From positions 1 to 32,141 of the forward strand of contig CAYIEP010000002.1 of NCBI GenBank assembly GCA_964362515.1: a stretch of DNA of 32,141 nucleotides, read 5' to 3'. The DNA is from an uncultured Candidatus Saccharibacteria bacterium. Lineage in GTDB: Bacteria; Patescibacteriota; Minisyncoccia; UBA6257; UBA9933. A program made the position numbers and the translations under genes. Positions 9,502-16,394 of the stretch are shown here, in pieces. Each line of letters starts with the position of its first letter. The stretch's first letter is position 1. Below the pieces are notes generated by a model. It worked only from the letters and a program-made list of their open reading frames with translations, was not told the origin of the DNA and ran no database searches.

Positions 9502-9506
9502 GTTTT

Positions 9507-9923
9507 TTACCGAATATTCGAAACTATTCTTGTTTTAACCGGCAATTTATGGCCCGCCCTTCTTAGCGCTTCTCTGGCCAGAGCTTCGTCCAATCCGTCA
9601 ACTTCAAAAAGGATTCTTCCTGTTCTAACCGGAAATACATATCTGTCAACGGCTCCTTTCCCTCCTCCCAGAGTAGTTTCCGGCGGTCTTTTTGTAACGG
9701 GCTTATCGGGAAAAATTCTTATCCAAATCTTCCCTCCCTTTTTGGTAAAATGGGTTATCGCTTTTCTGGCCGCTTCTATTTGTCTCGAATCAATCCAAGC
9801 GTTGCTTGTCGCCTGAATGCCAAAAGTTCCAAAACTCAAAAATATTCCTCTTGTTTCGACTTTGCGGTTTTTCGACCTGCCTTTTTGCCATTTTCTATGT
9901 TTTACTTTTTTCGGTATAAGCAT
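9507..9923 (-). CDS. rplP: 50S ribosomal protein L16
   Basis: MLIPKKVKHRKWQKGR ... IWIRIFPDKPVTKRPPETTLGGGKG. Confidence 0.96.
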   Translation of the reverse strand: MLIPKKVKHRKWQKGRSKNRKVETRGIFLSFGTFGIQATSNAWIDSRQIEAARKAITHFTKKGGKIWIRIFPDKPVTKRPPETTLGGGKGAVDRYVFPVRTGRILFEVDGLDEALAREALRRAGHKLPVKTRIVSNIR

Positions 9924-9931
9924 AACAATTT

Positions 9932-9966
9932 ATGTTTCACGTTTCATGTTTCGTGTTTCGTGTTTC
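9932..9966. repeat. Five tandem heptanucleotide repeats (minus sense GAAACRY) spanning the rpsC 3' end, its stop codon and the rplP upstream spacer
   Basis: The plus strand reads atgtttc acgtttc atgtttc gtgtttc gtgtttc. It encodes the S3 tail HETRNTKHET and the TGA stop at 9937-9939. Confidence 0.85.
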
Positions 9967-10632
9967 ATGATTAAATACTTCTCCTTTGTAAACCCAGACT
10001 TTTACGCCTATTGTTCCATAGGTAGTAAAGGCGGTAACTTGCCCGTAATCAATATCCGCTCTTAATGTTTGAAGCGGCAGTTTCCCTTGTTCTAAGTGTT
10101 CGGTTCTGGCTATTTCCGACCCGCCTAGTCTCCCGGAAACCATAATCTTGGCCCCTTTAATGTTTTTGTTCTGGAGAATCTGGTCAAGGTTTCTTTTCAT
10201 TATTCTTCTAAAGGGAAGTCTTTTTTCCAAATCCCAAGCTATATTCTGAGCGACCACCCTTGCCGAAACATCGTGTCTTTTTACTTCCTCTATGTTTAAA
10301 TTCAAGAAAACCGGCTCGTTTATTTTATTTTCTCTTCTTAATTTTCTAATTTTATTTTCAAGAAGCTTGGTTAAGTCTTCTATCCCTTTTCCGCCTCTTC
10401 CGATAACTAAGCCCGGTCTTGCCACCCTTACGGATATTTTATAATTATTCGCTATTCTATCTATATTAATTTTATCAATGCCCGCAAGCTTAATCTTTTC
10501 TTCTATTAATTTTCTTAATAAAACGCCTTCTTCCAATACATCTTTAAAACGCGATTTCTTTGGAAACCAATTTAGTGACCATCCCTTAGTTATCCCTATT
10601 CTTAATGAATCCGGTCTTATTTTTTGTCCCAT
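9937..10632 (-). CDS. rpsC: 30S ribosomal protein S3
   Basis: MGQKIRPDSLRIGITKGW, KH-domain GLVIGRGGKGIEDL, GAKIMVSGRLGGSEIAR. Confidence 0.96.
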   Translation of the reverse strand: MGQKIRPDSLRIGITKGWSLNWFPKKSRFKDVLEEGVLLRKLIEEKIKLAGIDKINIDRIANNYKISVRVARPGLVIGRGGKGIEDLTKLLENKIRKLRRENKINEPVFLNLNIEEVKRHDVSARVVAQNIAWDLEKRLPFRRIMKRNLDQILQNKNIKGAKIMVSGRLGGSEIARTEHLEQGKLPLQTLRADIDYGQVTAFTTYGTIGVKVWVYKGEVFNHETRNTKHET

Positions 10633-10636
10633 AATT

Positions 10637-11152
10637 TTATACGTTTTTCCTTCTGAATATTTTTCTCATAAATCCTTTTTCTCTGGGTCGGGAAATTTTT
10701 GGTGCTTCTTTTTCCGGTATTTTCGGCTTATCCCGTTCTTTTTCCGCCTTAATTCTCTCTAATTTTTTCTTTGAAATTTTTTCCGGCTTGACTATATTAA
10801 ATCTTGAAGGCTTAATTTTCTCGCTCTCGGCTAAATTCAACGTAATATGGCTGCTTTTCTTTTGAATCATATCCGCTCTCCCCAAAGACCTGGGAAATTG
10901 TCGCTTAAGCATCGGTCCTCCGTCAACTCTTATTTCTTTTATGAATAATTTATCCGCGTTAAATTTCTGATTCTTGGCGTTGGAAACGGCTGACCTAAGA
11001 AGTTTTAACAGCGGTTCGGAAGATCTTCTATCGCCGATTAAAAGCTGGGCTTCGGCTTCGGAAACGGTCAACCCCTTAAGCGTGTTGGCGACCGCCCTTA
11101 CTTTTCTTGGAGCTATTTTTAAATAATTTAATTTCGCGGTTTGGATTTTCAT
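10637..11152 (-). CDS. rplV: 50S ribosomal protein L22 with a basic C-terminal extension (171 aa)
   Basis: LKIAPRKVRAVANTLKGLTVSEAEAQL ... IRVDGGPMLKRQFPRSLGRADMIQKKSSHITL, then about 50 extra K/E/R-rich residues. Confidence 0.94.
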   Translation of the reverse strand: MKIQTAKLNYLKIAPRKVRAVANTLKGLTVSEAEAQLLIGDRRSSEPLLKLLRSAVSNAKNQKFNADKLFIKEIRVDGGPMLKRQFPRSLGRADMIQKKSSHITLNLAESEKIKPSRFNIVKPEKISKKKLERIKAEKERDKPKIPEKEAPKISRPREKGFMRKIFRRKNV

Positions 11153-11156
11153 TGAT

Positions 11157-11462
11157 TTATTTTTGCGGCGGCGGCGTTTCCGATTTCTTTTCTAAATCTC
11201 TCTGTATTTTTCCACCGTGTCTTACGAATTTTTTTGTCAGAGAAAACTCGCCTAATTTATGTCCTATCATTTCCTCTTTAATTCTAACGTTAATGAAATC
11301 TTTACCATTATGAACTCCGAAAATAAAACCCACCATTTCCGGCGATATCTCCGAACTTCTTGCCCAAGTTTTAATAACGGTTTTATCGTCCGCCTTTAAA
11401 CCGGCTATCTTTTTTAGAAGCTTTTTATCAACATATGGACCTTTTTTTGATGAACGTGACAT
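11157..11462 (-). CDS. rpsS: 30S ribosomal protein S19
   Basis: [18 protein letters not shown] ... [34 protein letters not shown] lies 10 nt upstream, inside the rplB end. Confidence 0.96.
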   Translation of the reverse strand: MSRSSKKGPYVDKKLLKKIAGLKADDKTVIKTWARSSEISPEMVGFIFGVHNGKDFINVRIKEEMIGHKLGEFSLTKKFVRHGGKIQRDLEKKSETPPPQK

Positions 11463-11464
11463 AT

Positions 11465-12286
11465 TTATTTTCTCCTTTTAATTATTAATTTGTTGCTCCA
11501 TTTCTTTTTCTTCCTGGTTTTCCTTCCGCCGGTAACTTTCCCCCATTTTGTTTTCGGTCTTTTTGTTCCTCGCAGGGCCTTCCCCTCGCCTCCGCCATAA
11601 GGATGGTCTCTGGGATTCATAGCCGAACCCCTTACTGTCGGTCTTATTCCTAAAATTCTTGATTTGCCGGCTTTCCCTATATTAATTAAACCGTGGTCGG
11701 GATTGGAAGCCTGACCCAAAGAAGCGAAATTATCCCACAATACTTTTCTTACTTCTCCGGAGGAAAGTTTTAATTGAGTATAGCTATCGTCGTGGGCTAA
11801 GATTTCCGCGTAAGAACCCGCCGATCTCGCGAATTGTCCCCCTTTCCCTTTATTTAATTCAATATTATAAACCAAATAACCGACCGGAATATTTTTCAGT
11901 GTTAATCTGTTTCCTTCTTTAAGCTGGGCGTTTTCGGAAGTTATTATTTCATCTTTAACTTTCATATTTTTAGAGGCAAGAATATATCTTCTTTCGCCGT
12001 CCAAATAAACAACCAAGGCTATAAAAGCCGTTCTGTACGGGTCGTATTCTATTGTTTCAATTCTCCCGGGAACATTAATTTTATCTTGCTTAAAATCGAT
12101 AATTCTAAAAAGTTTTTTGTTTCCTCCGCCCTGATGCCTGACGGTTATTCTTCCTTGATTATTTCTGCCGGACCTCTTGGGAAGCCTTATTAATAATTTT
12201 TTAAAAGGCTTAGCCGCGCTTAACGCGCCGTAATCAACGGTTATCATTTGTCTTCTTGACGGAGTTGTCGGATTATAATTTTTCAT
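11465..12286 (-). CDS. rplB: 50S ribosomal protein L2
   Basis: [40 protein letters not shown]. Confidence 0.97.
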   Translation of the reverse strand: MKNYNPTTPSRRQMITVDYGALSAAKPFKKLLIRLPKRSGRNNQGRITVRHQGGGNKKLFRIIDFKQDKINVPGRIETIEYDPYRTAFIALVVYLDGERRYILASKNMKVKDEIITSENAQLKEGNRLTLKNIPVGYLVYNIELNKGKGGQFARSAGSYAEILAHDDSYTQLKLSSGEVRKVLWDNFASLGQASNPDHGLINIGKAGKSRILGIRPTVRGSAMNPRDHPYGGGEGKALRGTKRPKTKWGKVTGGRKTRKKKKWSNKLIIKRRK

Positions 12287-12295
12287 AATTATTTT

Positions 12296-12619
12296 TTAGG
12301 CGGAAATCATTTCTATTTTATGCCCCTCCTTAAGGGTAACTATGGCTTTCTTATAAGCCGAAGTTCTCCCAACGGTTCGCCCCAATCTCTTGGATTTTCC
12401 TTTTGTATTGATAATATTGACGTCTTTTACTTTTACTCCGTAAAGCGCCTCTACGGCTTTTTTCGTTTCCGATTTATTGGCGCCTCTGTCAATTATAAAA
12501 ATATATTTTCGCATGTCCGCCATGTCTCCGGATTTCTCCGTAATCCAATTCCGCTTTATTAAAAACATATTCTTTGAATCAACGGTCTTATTCTGTTTTT
12601 CTTTGGTAAAAATTTCCAT
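12296..12619 (-). CDS. rplW: 50S ribosomal protein L23
   Basis: ITEKS ... YIFIIDRGANKSETKKAVEALYGVKVKDVNI ... KKAIVTLKEG. Confidence 0.93.
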   Translation of the reverse strand: MEIFTKEKQNKTVDSKNMFLIKRNWITEKSGDMADMRKYIFIIDRGANKSETKKAVEALYGVKVKDVNIINTKGKSKRLGRTVGRTSAYKKAIVTLKEGHKIEMISA

Positions 12620-12623
12620 ATTA

Positions 12624-13253
12624 TTATTTCTTATAATGATTATTTATTTCTTCTATCGAATCTTTTTCAAAAACTAAATTTTTATTTTTTAATAAATCAT
12701 GGACGTTAAGAGAACGAGGACTGATTGCGTCAACGTTTTTAATATTGGAAACGGCTTGATGAATAGATTTCTTCGATGACTTCGGAATTAACAACGCTTT
12801 TGATTTGAAATCATGGATGATTTTTAAGAAATTCACCCAATCTTTTGTTTTAGAAAAATTGTCATTGAATTTATCAATTATTTTAATTTCGTTATCGGAT
12901 AACTTCTTTGAAAGAACGGAAAAAACGGCCAGATTCTTCATCTTCTTGTTTATCTTTCTTTTAAAATTCTCTTCTTTGGTCGGGCCGTGAGAAACTCCGC
13001 CGCCGCTCCAAATCGGCGACCTTATTGAACCGTGCCTGGCCCGTCCGGGTCCTTTCTGGCGCCATGGTTTCTTGCCGCCGCCGGAAACTTCCCCTCTTCC
13101 TTTGGTATGGGCCAATTTTTCCCTTCTATTGGCAAGCTGAACCATTAAAGCCTGATGCACCAAATCAGCGTTCCATTTTGCGCCAAAAATTCTTTCCGGC
13201 AAATCAATTGTCCCCGCTTTTTCGTTTTTTTGATTAATAATATCTATTTTCAT
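12624..13253 (-). CDS. rplD: 50S ribosomal protein L4
   Basis: AHTKGRGEVSGGGKKPWRQKGPGRARHGSIRSPIWSGGGVSHGP. Confidence 0.96.
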   Translation of the reverse strand: MKIDIINQKNEKAGTIDLPERIFGAKWNADLVHQALMVQLANRREKLAHTKGRGEVSGGGKKPWRQKGPGRARHGSIRSPIWSGGGVSHGPTKEENFKRKINKKMKNLAVFSVLSKKLSDNEIKIIDKFNDNFSKTKDWVNFLKIIHDFKSKALLIPKSSKKSIHQAVSNIKNVDAISPRSLNVHDLLKNKNLVFEKDSIEEINNHYKK

Positions 13254-13264
13254 AATTCTGAATT

Positions 13265-13864
13265 CTATTTTCTAATTTCCAATAAGGTTCCTTTCATTCC
13301 CGGAACCGCGCCTTTTATCGTTAAAATATTTTTTTCTTTATCCACTCCGACTATTTCTAAATTTTTAACGGTTGTTCTTTCCAGTCCCATCCGACCGGCC
13401 ATTTTTCTGCCCTTTATCGTTCTTTGCGGCGCCGTGGCGCCGATTGAACCAGGAGCTCTGTGTCTGTCTTTCTGGCCATGGCTTTTTGGCCCGCCGCCGA
13501 ATCCGTGACGCTTAACAACGCCCTGAAATCCTTTTCCCTTACTTAATCCGCTTACCTTTATTTTGTCTCCTTCGTTAAATTGGCTCACATCAAGAATGTC
13601 TCCGATTTTTAACTGCGGATTTTCAATTCTGAATTCTTTAAGATTTCTGAAATTGCCTAATTCTTTTAAGTGACCCTTTAGGGACTTGTTTAATTTTTTC
13701 TTTGACGGATCAAAACCCGCTTGAATGGCGTCGTAGCCGTCTTTTTCTTTACTTTTTATTTGGGTTACTGAAACCGGACCGGCTAAAACCAAAGTAACCG
13801 GCACAATTTTGTCGTTTTTCCAAATCTGCGACATTTTAAGTTTTTTTCCAAGAATGAATGGCAT
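13265..13864 (-). CDS. rplC: 50S ribosomal protein L3
   Basis: ILGKKLKMSQIW ... GKGFQGVVKRHGFGGGPKSHGQKDRHRAPGSIGA. Confidence 0.96.
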   Translation of the reverse strand: MPFILGKKLKMSQIWKNDKIVPVTLVLAGPVSVTQIKSKEKDGYDAIQAGFDPSKKKLNKSLKGHLKELGNFRNLKEFRIENPQLKIGDILDVSQFNEGDKIKVSGLSKGKGFQGVVKRHGFGGGPKSHGQKDRHRAPGSIGATAPQRTIKGRKMAGRMGLERTTVKNLEIVGVDKEKNILTIKGAVPGMKGTLLEIRK

Positions 13865-13880
13865 AATTATAGATAACTAA

Positions 13881-13906
13881 AAACAGCCAAACTTAGCCGG
13901 CTGTTT
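13881..13906 (-). terminator. Candidate attenuator/terminator hairpin 16 nt upstream of the rplC ATG
   Basis: Minus sense AAACAGCC-GGCUAAGUUU-GGCUGUUU, running into UUUUUAGUU. Its 5' arm can instead pair in an upstream helix set: UUAGCC 13928-13923 with GGCUAA 13898-13893, and GCUGU 13916-13912 with ACAGC 13904-13900. Confidence 0.35.
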
Positions 13907-13973
13907 CTGCTACAGCTTTGTTGGCTAAATCTTTGCGTATTCAAACCATGGTTCCGGTAAAAACCATTGAATA

Positions 13974-14002
13974 AAAGTAGCAGATAAATAAGATTGTGTC
14001 AA
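13974..14002 (-). promoter_or_regulatory. Candidate sigma70-type promoter for rplC and downstream genes
   Basis: Minus sense TTGACA (14002-13997), 17-nt spacer ending in TGC (extended -10), then TACTTT (13979-13974). It lies about 290 nt downstream of a strong terminator. Confidence 0.35.
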
Positions 14003-14020
14003 TTTTTTTTAAACACGCAA

Positions 14021-14100
14021 AGCCGTATAAGCGGCTACGACGGTGACCTCCAATTTTTTTTAGATTTGTGAGTGCTCGGTTCGTAGCCGCTTATACGGCT
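14021..14100. repeat. Perfect 20-bp inverted repeat with a 40-nt spacer
   Basis: agccgtataagcggctacga (14021-14040) is the exact reverse complement of tcgtagccgcttatacggct (14081-14100). Each arm can also fold alone as AGCCG-6 nt-CGGCU. Confidence 0.9.
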
Positions 14101-14138
14101 CTATTGGTCGTTTATATATTACTTTGAATTACGAAATT

Positions 14139-14229
14139 AGACAAACCCAAAATTCTTTCTGAAATCTTAACGGAAGCGGGCGTAAGCGGTCCGCCGATTG
14201 GCGGAGAAGAAATAATTTCGGGTTTGTCT
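14139..14229 (-). ncRNA. 91-nt long imperfect hairpin with a GC-rich apex (candidate small structured RNA or regulatory stem; family unknown)
   Basis: 14139-14154 pairs with 14214-14229 at 15 of 16 positions. The single A-C mismatch on the plus strand is a U-G pair on the minus strand. The helix continues at 14156-14160/14208-14212. Apical hairpin tccgcc-gatt-ggcgga at 14190-14205. A TTCGCA-16-TATTAT promoter-like pair lies at 14265-14238. Confidence 0.35.
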
Positions 14230-14290
14230 GATAGCTAATAATATATTTGAGTCCGGCTTTGCGAAAGAAATCGTTTCTATTTCTGAAAGT

Positions 14291-14316
14291 AAACAAAACC
14301 CCGCCTTTCGGCGGGG
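14291..14316 (-). terminator. Strong intrinsic terminator 88 nt downstream of rpsJ
   Basis: Minus sense CCCCGCC-GAAA-GGCGGGG (7 G/C-rich bp with a GNRA loop), followed directly by UUUUGUUU. The plus-sense reading has no U-tract. Confidence 0.7.
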
Positions 14317-14403
14317 AATTGGAAGGACATTCCTCTGTCGATATCGTCGCAAGGGAATATTCAACACTCACAAAATGAATTATATACGCGTATTAACCAA
14401 AAG

Positions 14404-14736
14404 TCAAATCATTTTAATTTCCACATCGACTCCGGCCGGCAAATTAAGACTTGAAAGCGCTTCAATTATTTTTTGACTGGGATTTAAAATATCAATAAGA
14501 CGCTTATGGATTCTTAACTCAAATTGCTCTCTGGAATCCTTATGAACAAAAGTTGAACGATTAACCGTGTATTTCTTGAATTCCGAAGGCAAAGGAACCG
14601 GACCGATAATTTCTCCGCCGTTTCTTACGGCGGTTTCAATTATCTGCTTGGCGGAATTATCTATCAGCTTATGGTCGTAAGATTTTATTTTCAGCCTTAA
14701 TTTATTTTGTAAATTTTCTTCCTTCTTCTTGGCCAC
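14404..14736 (-). CDS. rpsJ: 30S ribosomal protein S10
   Basis: KLRLKIKSYDHKLIDNSAKQIIETA ... GPVPLP ... FVHKDSREQFELRIHKRLIDI. Confidence 0.96.
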   Translation of the reverse strand: MAKKKEENLQNKLRLKIKSYDHKLIDNSAKQIIETAVRNGGEIIGPVPLPSEFKKYTVNRSTFVHKDSREQFELRIHKRLIDILNPSQKIIEALSSLNLPAGVDVEIKMI

Positions 14737-14749
14737 GCTTAATATTTAT

Positions 14750-15949
14750 TTAATTTATAATTTTAGTAACAACTCCGGCGCCAACCGTTTTGCCTCCTTC
14801 TCTGATGGCAAATCTTTGTTTTTCTTCAAGAGCGACCGGGGCAATTAGTTTAATCACAATATTAACGGTGTCTCCGGGCATAACCATTTCAATCCCTGAA
14901 GGTAAAATTACTTCTCCGGTGACATCGGTTGTTCTCATATAGAACTGCGGTTTATATCCCTTACAGAATGGGGTATGACGTCCGCCTTCTTCTTTGTTAA
15001 GAACATAAACTTCCGCCTCAAATTCCGCGTGAGGAGTAATGCTCCCCGGCTTCGCGAGAACTTGGCCTCTTTCAACGTCTTCTTTTTTAAGACTTCTTAA
15101 AAGTATCCCCACATTGTCTCCGGCGCGGCCTTCATCAAGAATCTTATTAAACATTTCAATTCCCGTAACAATAGTTTTCTGGGTCGGTTTTATTCCGATT
15201 ATTTCCAATTCTTCATTAACTTTAACGATTCCTCTTTCCGCTCTTCCGGTAACAACGGTTCCTCTTCCTTCTATTGAGAAAATGTCTTCTACCGGCATCA
15301 AAAACGGCTTATCTATTTCTCTTACCGGCTCGGGAATATATTCATCCAAAGCCTTAATAAGCTCCAAAATCGGCTTAATAGCTTCGTCATCGACTGATTT
15401 CGCCTCTAAAGCTTTAAGGGCGGAACCTTTTATTATCGGGATTTCATCTCCCGGAAAATTATATTTTTTCAAAAGTTCCCTTATTTCCGCTTCAACCAAA
15501 CTAACGAGTTCCGGATCATCGACTTGGTCAACTTTATTTATAAAAACCACGACCGCCGGAACGCCAACTTGTCTAGCCAAAAGAATATGTTCTCTGGTTT
15601 GGGGCATCGGGCCATCAGTCGCGGCAACAACTAAAATAGCGCCGTCCATTTGCGCCGCTCCGGTAATCATATTTTTGATATAATCGGCGTGGCCAGGAGC
15701 GTCAATATGAGCGTAATGCCTTTTTTCCGATTGATATTCGGAATGATGAAGCGCGATGGTAATGCCTCTGGCTTTTTCTTCCGGAGCATTATCAATATCG
15801 TCAACCTTTTCGGCTTTTTCAATAAGCCCCTTTAATTTAAGAACATTCATTATCGCCGCGGTAAGGGTTGTCTTGCCATGGTCAACGTGGCCGATTGTTC
15901 CAACGTTGATGTGCGGTTTAGTTCTTTCAAATTTTGCTTTTTCCGCCAT
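14750..15949 (-). CDS. tuf: elongation factor Tu
   Basis: [31 protein letters not shown], and a full-length match by eye to EF-Tu (399 aa). Confidence 0.98.
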   Translation of the reverse strand: MAEKAKFERTKPHINVGTIGHVDHGKTTLTAAIMNVLKLKGLIEKAEKVDDIDNAPEEKARGITIALHHSEYQSEKRHYAHIDAPGHADYIKNMITGAAQMDGAILVVAATDGPMPQTREHILLARQVGVPAVVVFINKVDQVDDPELVSLVEAEIRELLKKYNFPGDEIPIIKGSALKALEAKSVDDEAIKPILELIKALDEYIPEPVREIDKPFLMPVEDIFSIEGRGTVVTGRAERGIVKVNEELEIIGIKPTQKTIVTGIEMFNKILDEGRAGDNVGILLRSLKKEDVERGQVLAKPGSITPHAEFEAEVYVLNKEEGGRHTPFCKGYKPQFYMRTTDVTGEVILPSGIEMVMPGDTVNIVIKLIAPVALEEKQRFAIREGGKTVGAGVVTKIIN

Positions 15950-15996
15950 AATAATTTTAATTTAATTACTGCTATTATATTTATCGACTCTTAAAA

Positions 15997-16023
15997 TTTA
16001 TATCATTCAATAATTATTGTCAA
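15997..16023 (-). promoter_or_regulatory. Candidate promoter upstream of tuf
   Basis: Minus sense TTGACA (16023-16018), then either a 15-nt spacer with TGA-TATAAA or a 17-nt spacer with TAAATT. AT-rich context, so a chance match is possible. Confidence 0.3.
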
Positions 16024-16041
16024 TATTCGCGTTTCTTAAAC

Positions 16042-16392
16042 TCAAACCAGCTCCACTATAGACATTCTCGCTCCGTCATTTTTTCTTCTTTTAACTCCTT
16101 TGATTATTCTTAAATATCCGCCATTTCTGTCTTTGTATCTTTTCGCGATATCGTAAAAAAGTTTCTCTGCCGACTTCTTGCTTATCCTGCTTATTATTAC
16201 TCTATGCGAAGCTAGATTCTGTTTTTTGGCCAACGTTATTAATTTCTCAACTTTCGGTCTTAATTCTTTCGCTTTTGCTTCCGTTGTTTCAATTCTTTCT
16301 TTTAAAATAATATTATTAACCAATCCCTTGAAAAGAGCTGTTCTTTGGCCTTTTTCTCTGTGAAATTTTCTTCCTTTGTTTAAGTGCCTCAT
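16042..16392 (-). CDS. rplQ: 50S ribosomal protein L17
   Basis: MRHLNKGRKFHREKGQRTALFKGL ... ETTEAKAKELRP ... YLRI. Confidence 0.95.
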   Translation of the reverse strand: MRHLNKGRKFHREKGQRTALFKGLVNNIILKERIETTEAKAKELRPKVEKLITLAKKQNLASHRVIISRISKKSAEKLFYDIAKRYKDRNGGYLRIIKGVKRRKNDGARMSIVELV

Positions 16393-16394
16393 TT

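Noticed and set aside
13865-13880. Perfect TATAAT hexamer immediately upstream of rplC.
   Set aside because: It ends 1 nt before the ATG, so transcription from it would start inside the gene. It is an AT-rich coincidence, and a caution for the other promoter calls.
14139-14229. SRP (4.5S) RNA hypothesis for the 91-nt long hairpin.
   Set aside because: The shape and size fit. But GGAAGC-like and GGUCC-like motifs occur only on the plus strand and in the reverse order relative to SRP domain IV, and no GNRA-capped symmetric/asymmetric loop pair could be drawn.
14129-14371. Minus-strand ORFs of 80 aa and 66 aa (14167-14367) inside the rpsJ-rplC spacer.
   Set aside because: They read straight through the GNRA-capped terminator and the long hairpin, have no family resemblance, and have no ribosome-binding site. 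The region is better explained as RNA structure.
13865-14403. RNase P RNA (rnpB) hypothesis for the rpsJ-rplC spacer.
   Set aside because: Minus-sense GAGGAAUGUCC (14334-14324) matches the universal GAGGAAAGUCC at 10 of 11 positions, and AGAU...CAGAAACAGCCGGCUAAG loosely recalls CR-IV/CR-V. However, I could not find the complementary P4 strand for either candidate. The conserved A-rich J11/12 and P15 regions are also not recognisable. It is left as untested, not claimed.
15039-15683. Long plus-strand ORFs antisense to conserved genes: 214 aa opposite tuf, 5940-6365 opposite rpsE, 8417-8800 opposite rplX/rplN, 19983-20354 and 23440-23793 opposite low-complexity K/E-coding regions.
   Set aside because: They are shadow ORFs. 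Each lies fully inside a confidently identified minus-strand gene, and the translations are low-complexity (S/L/F/I-rich) with no recognisable motifs.
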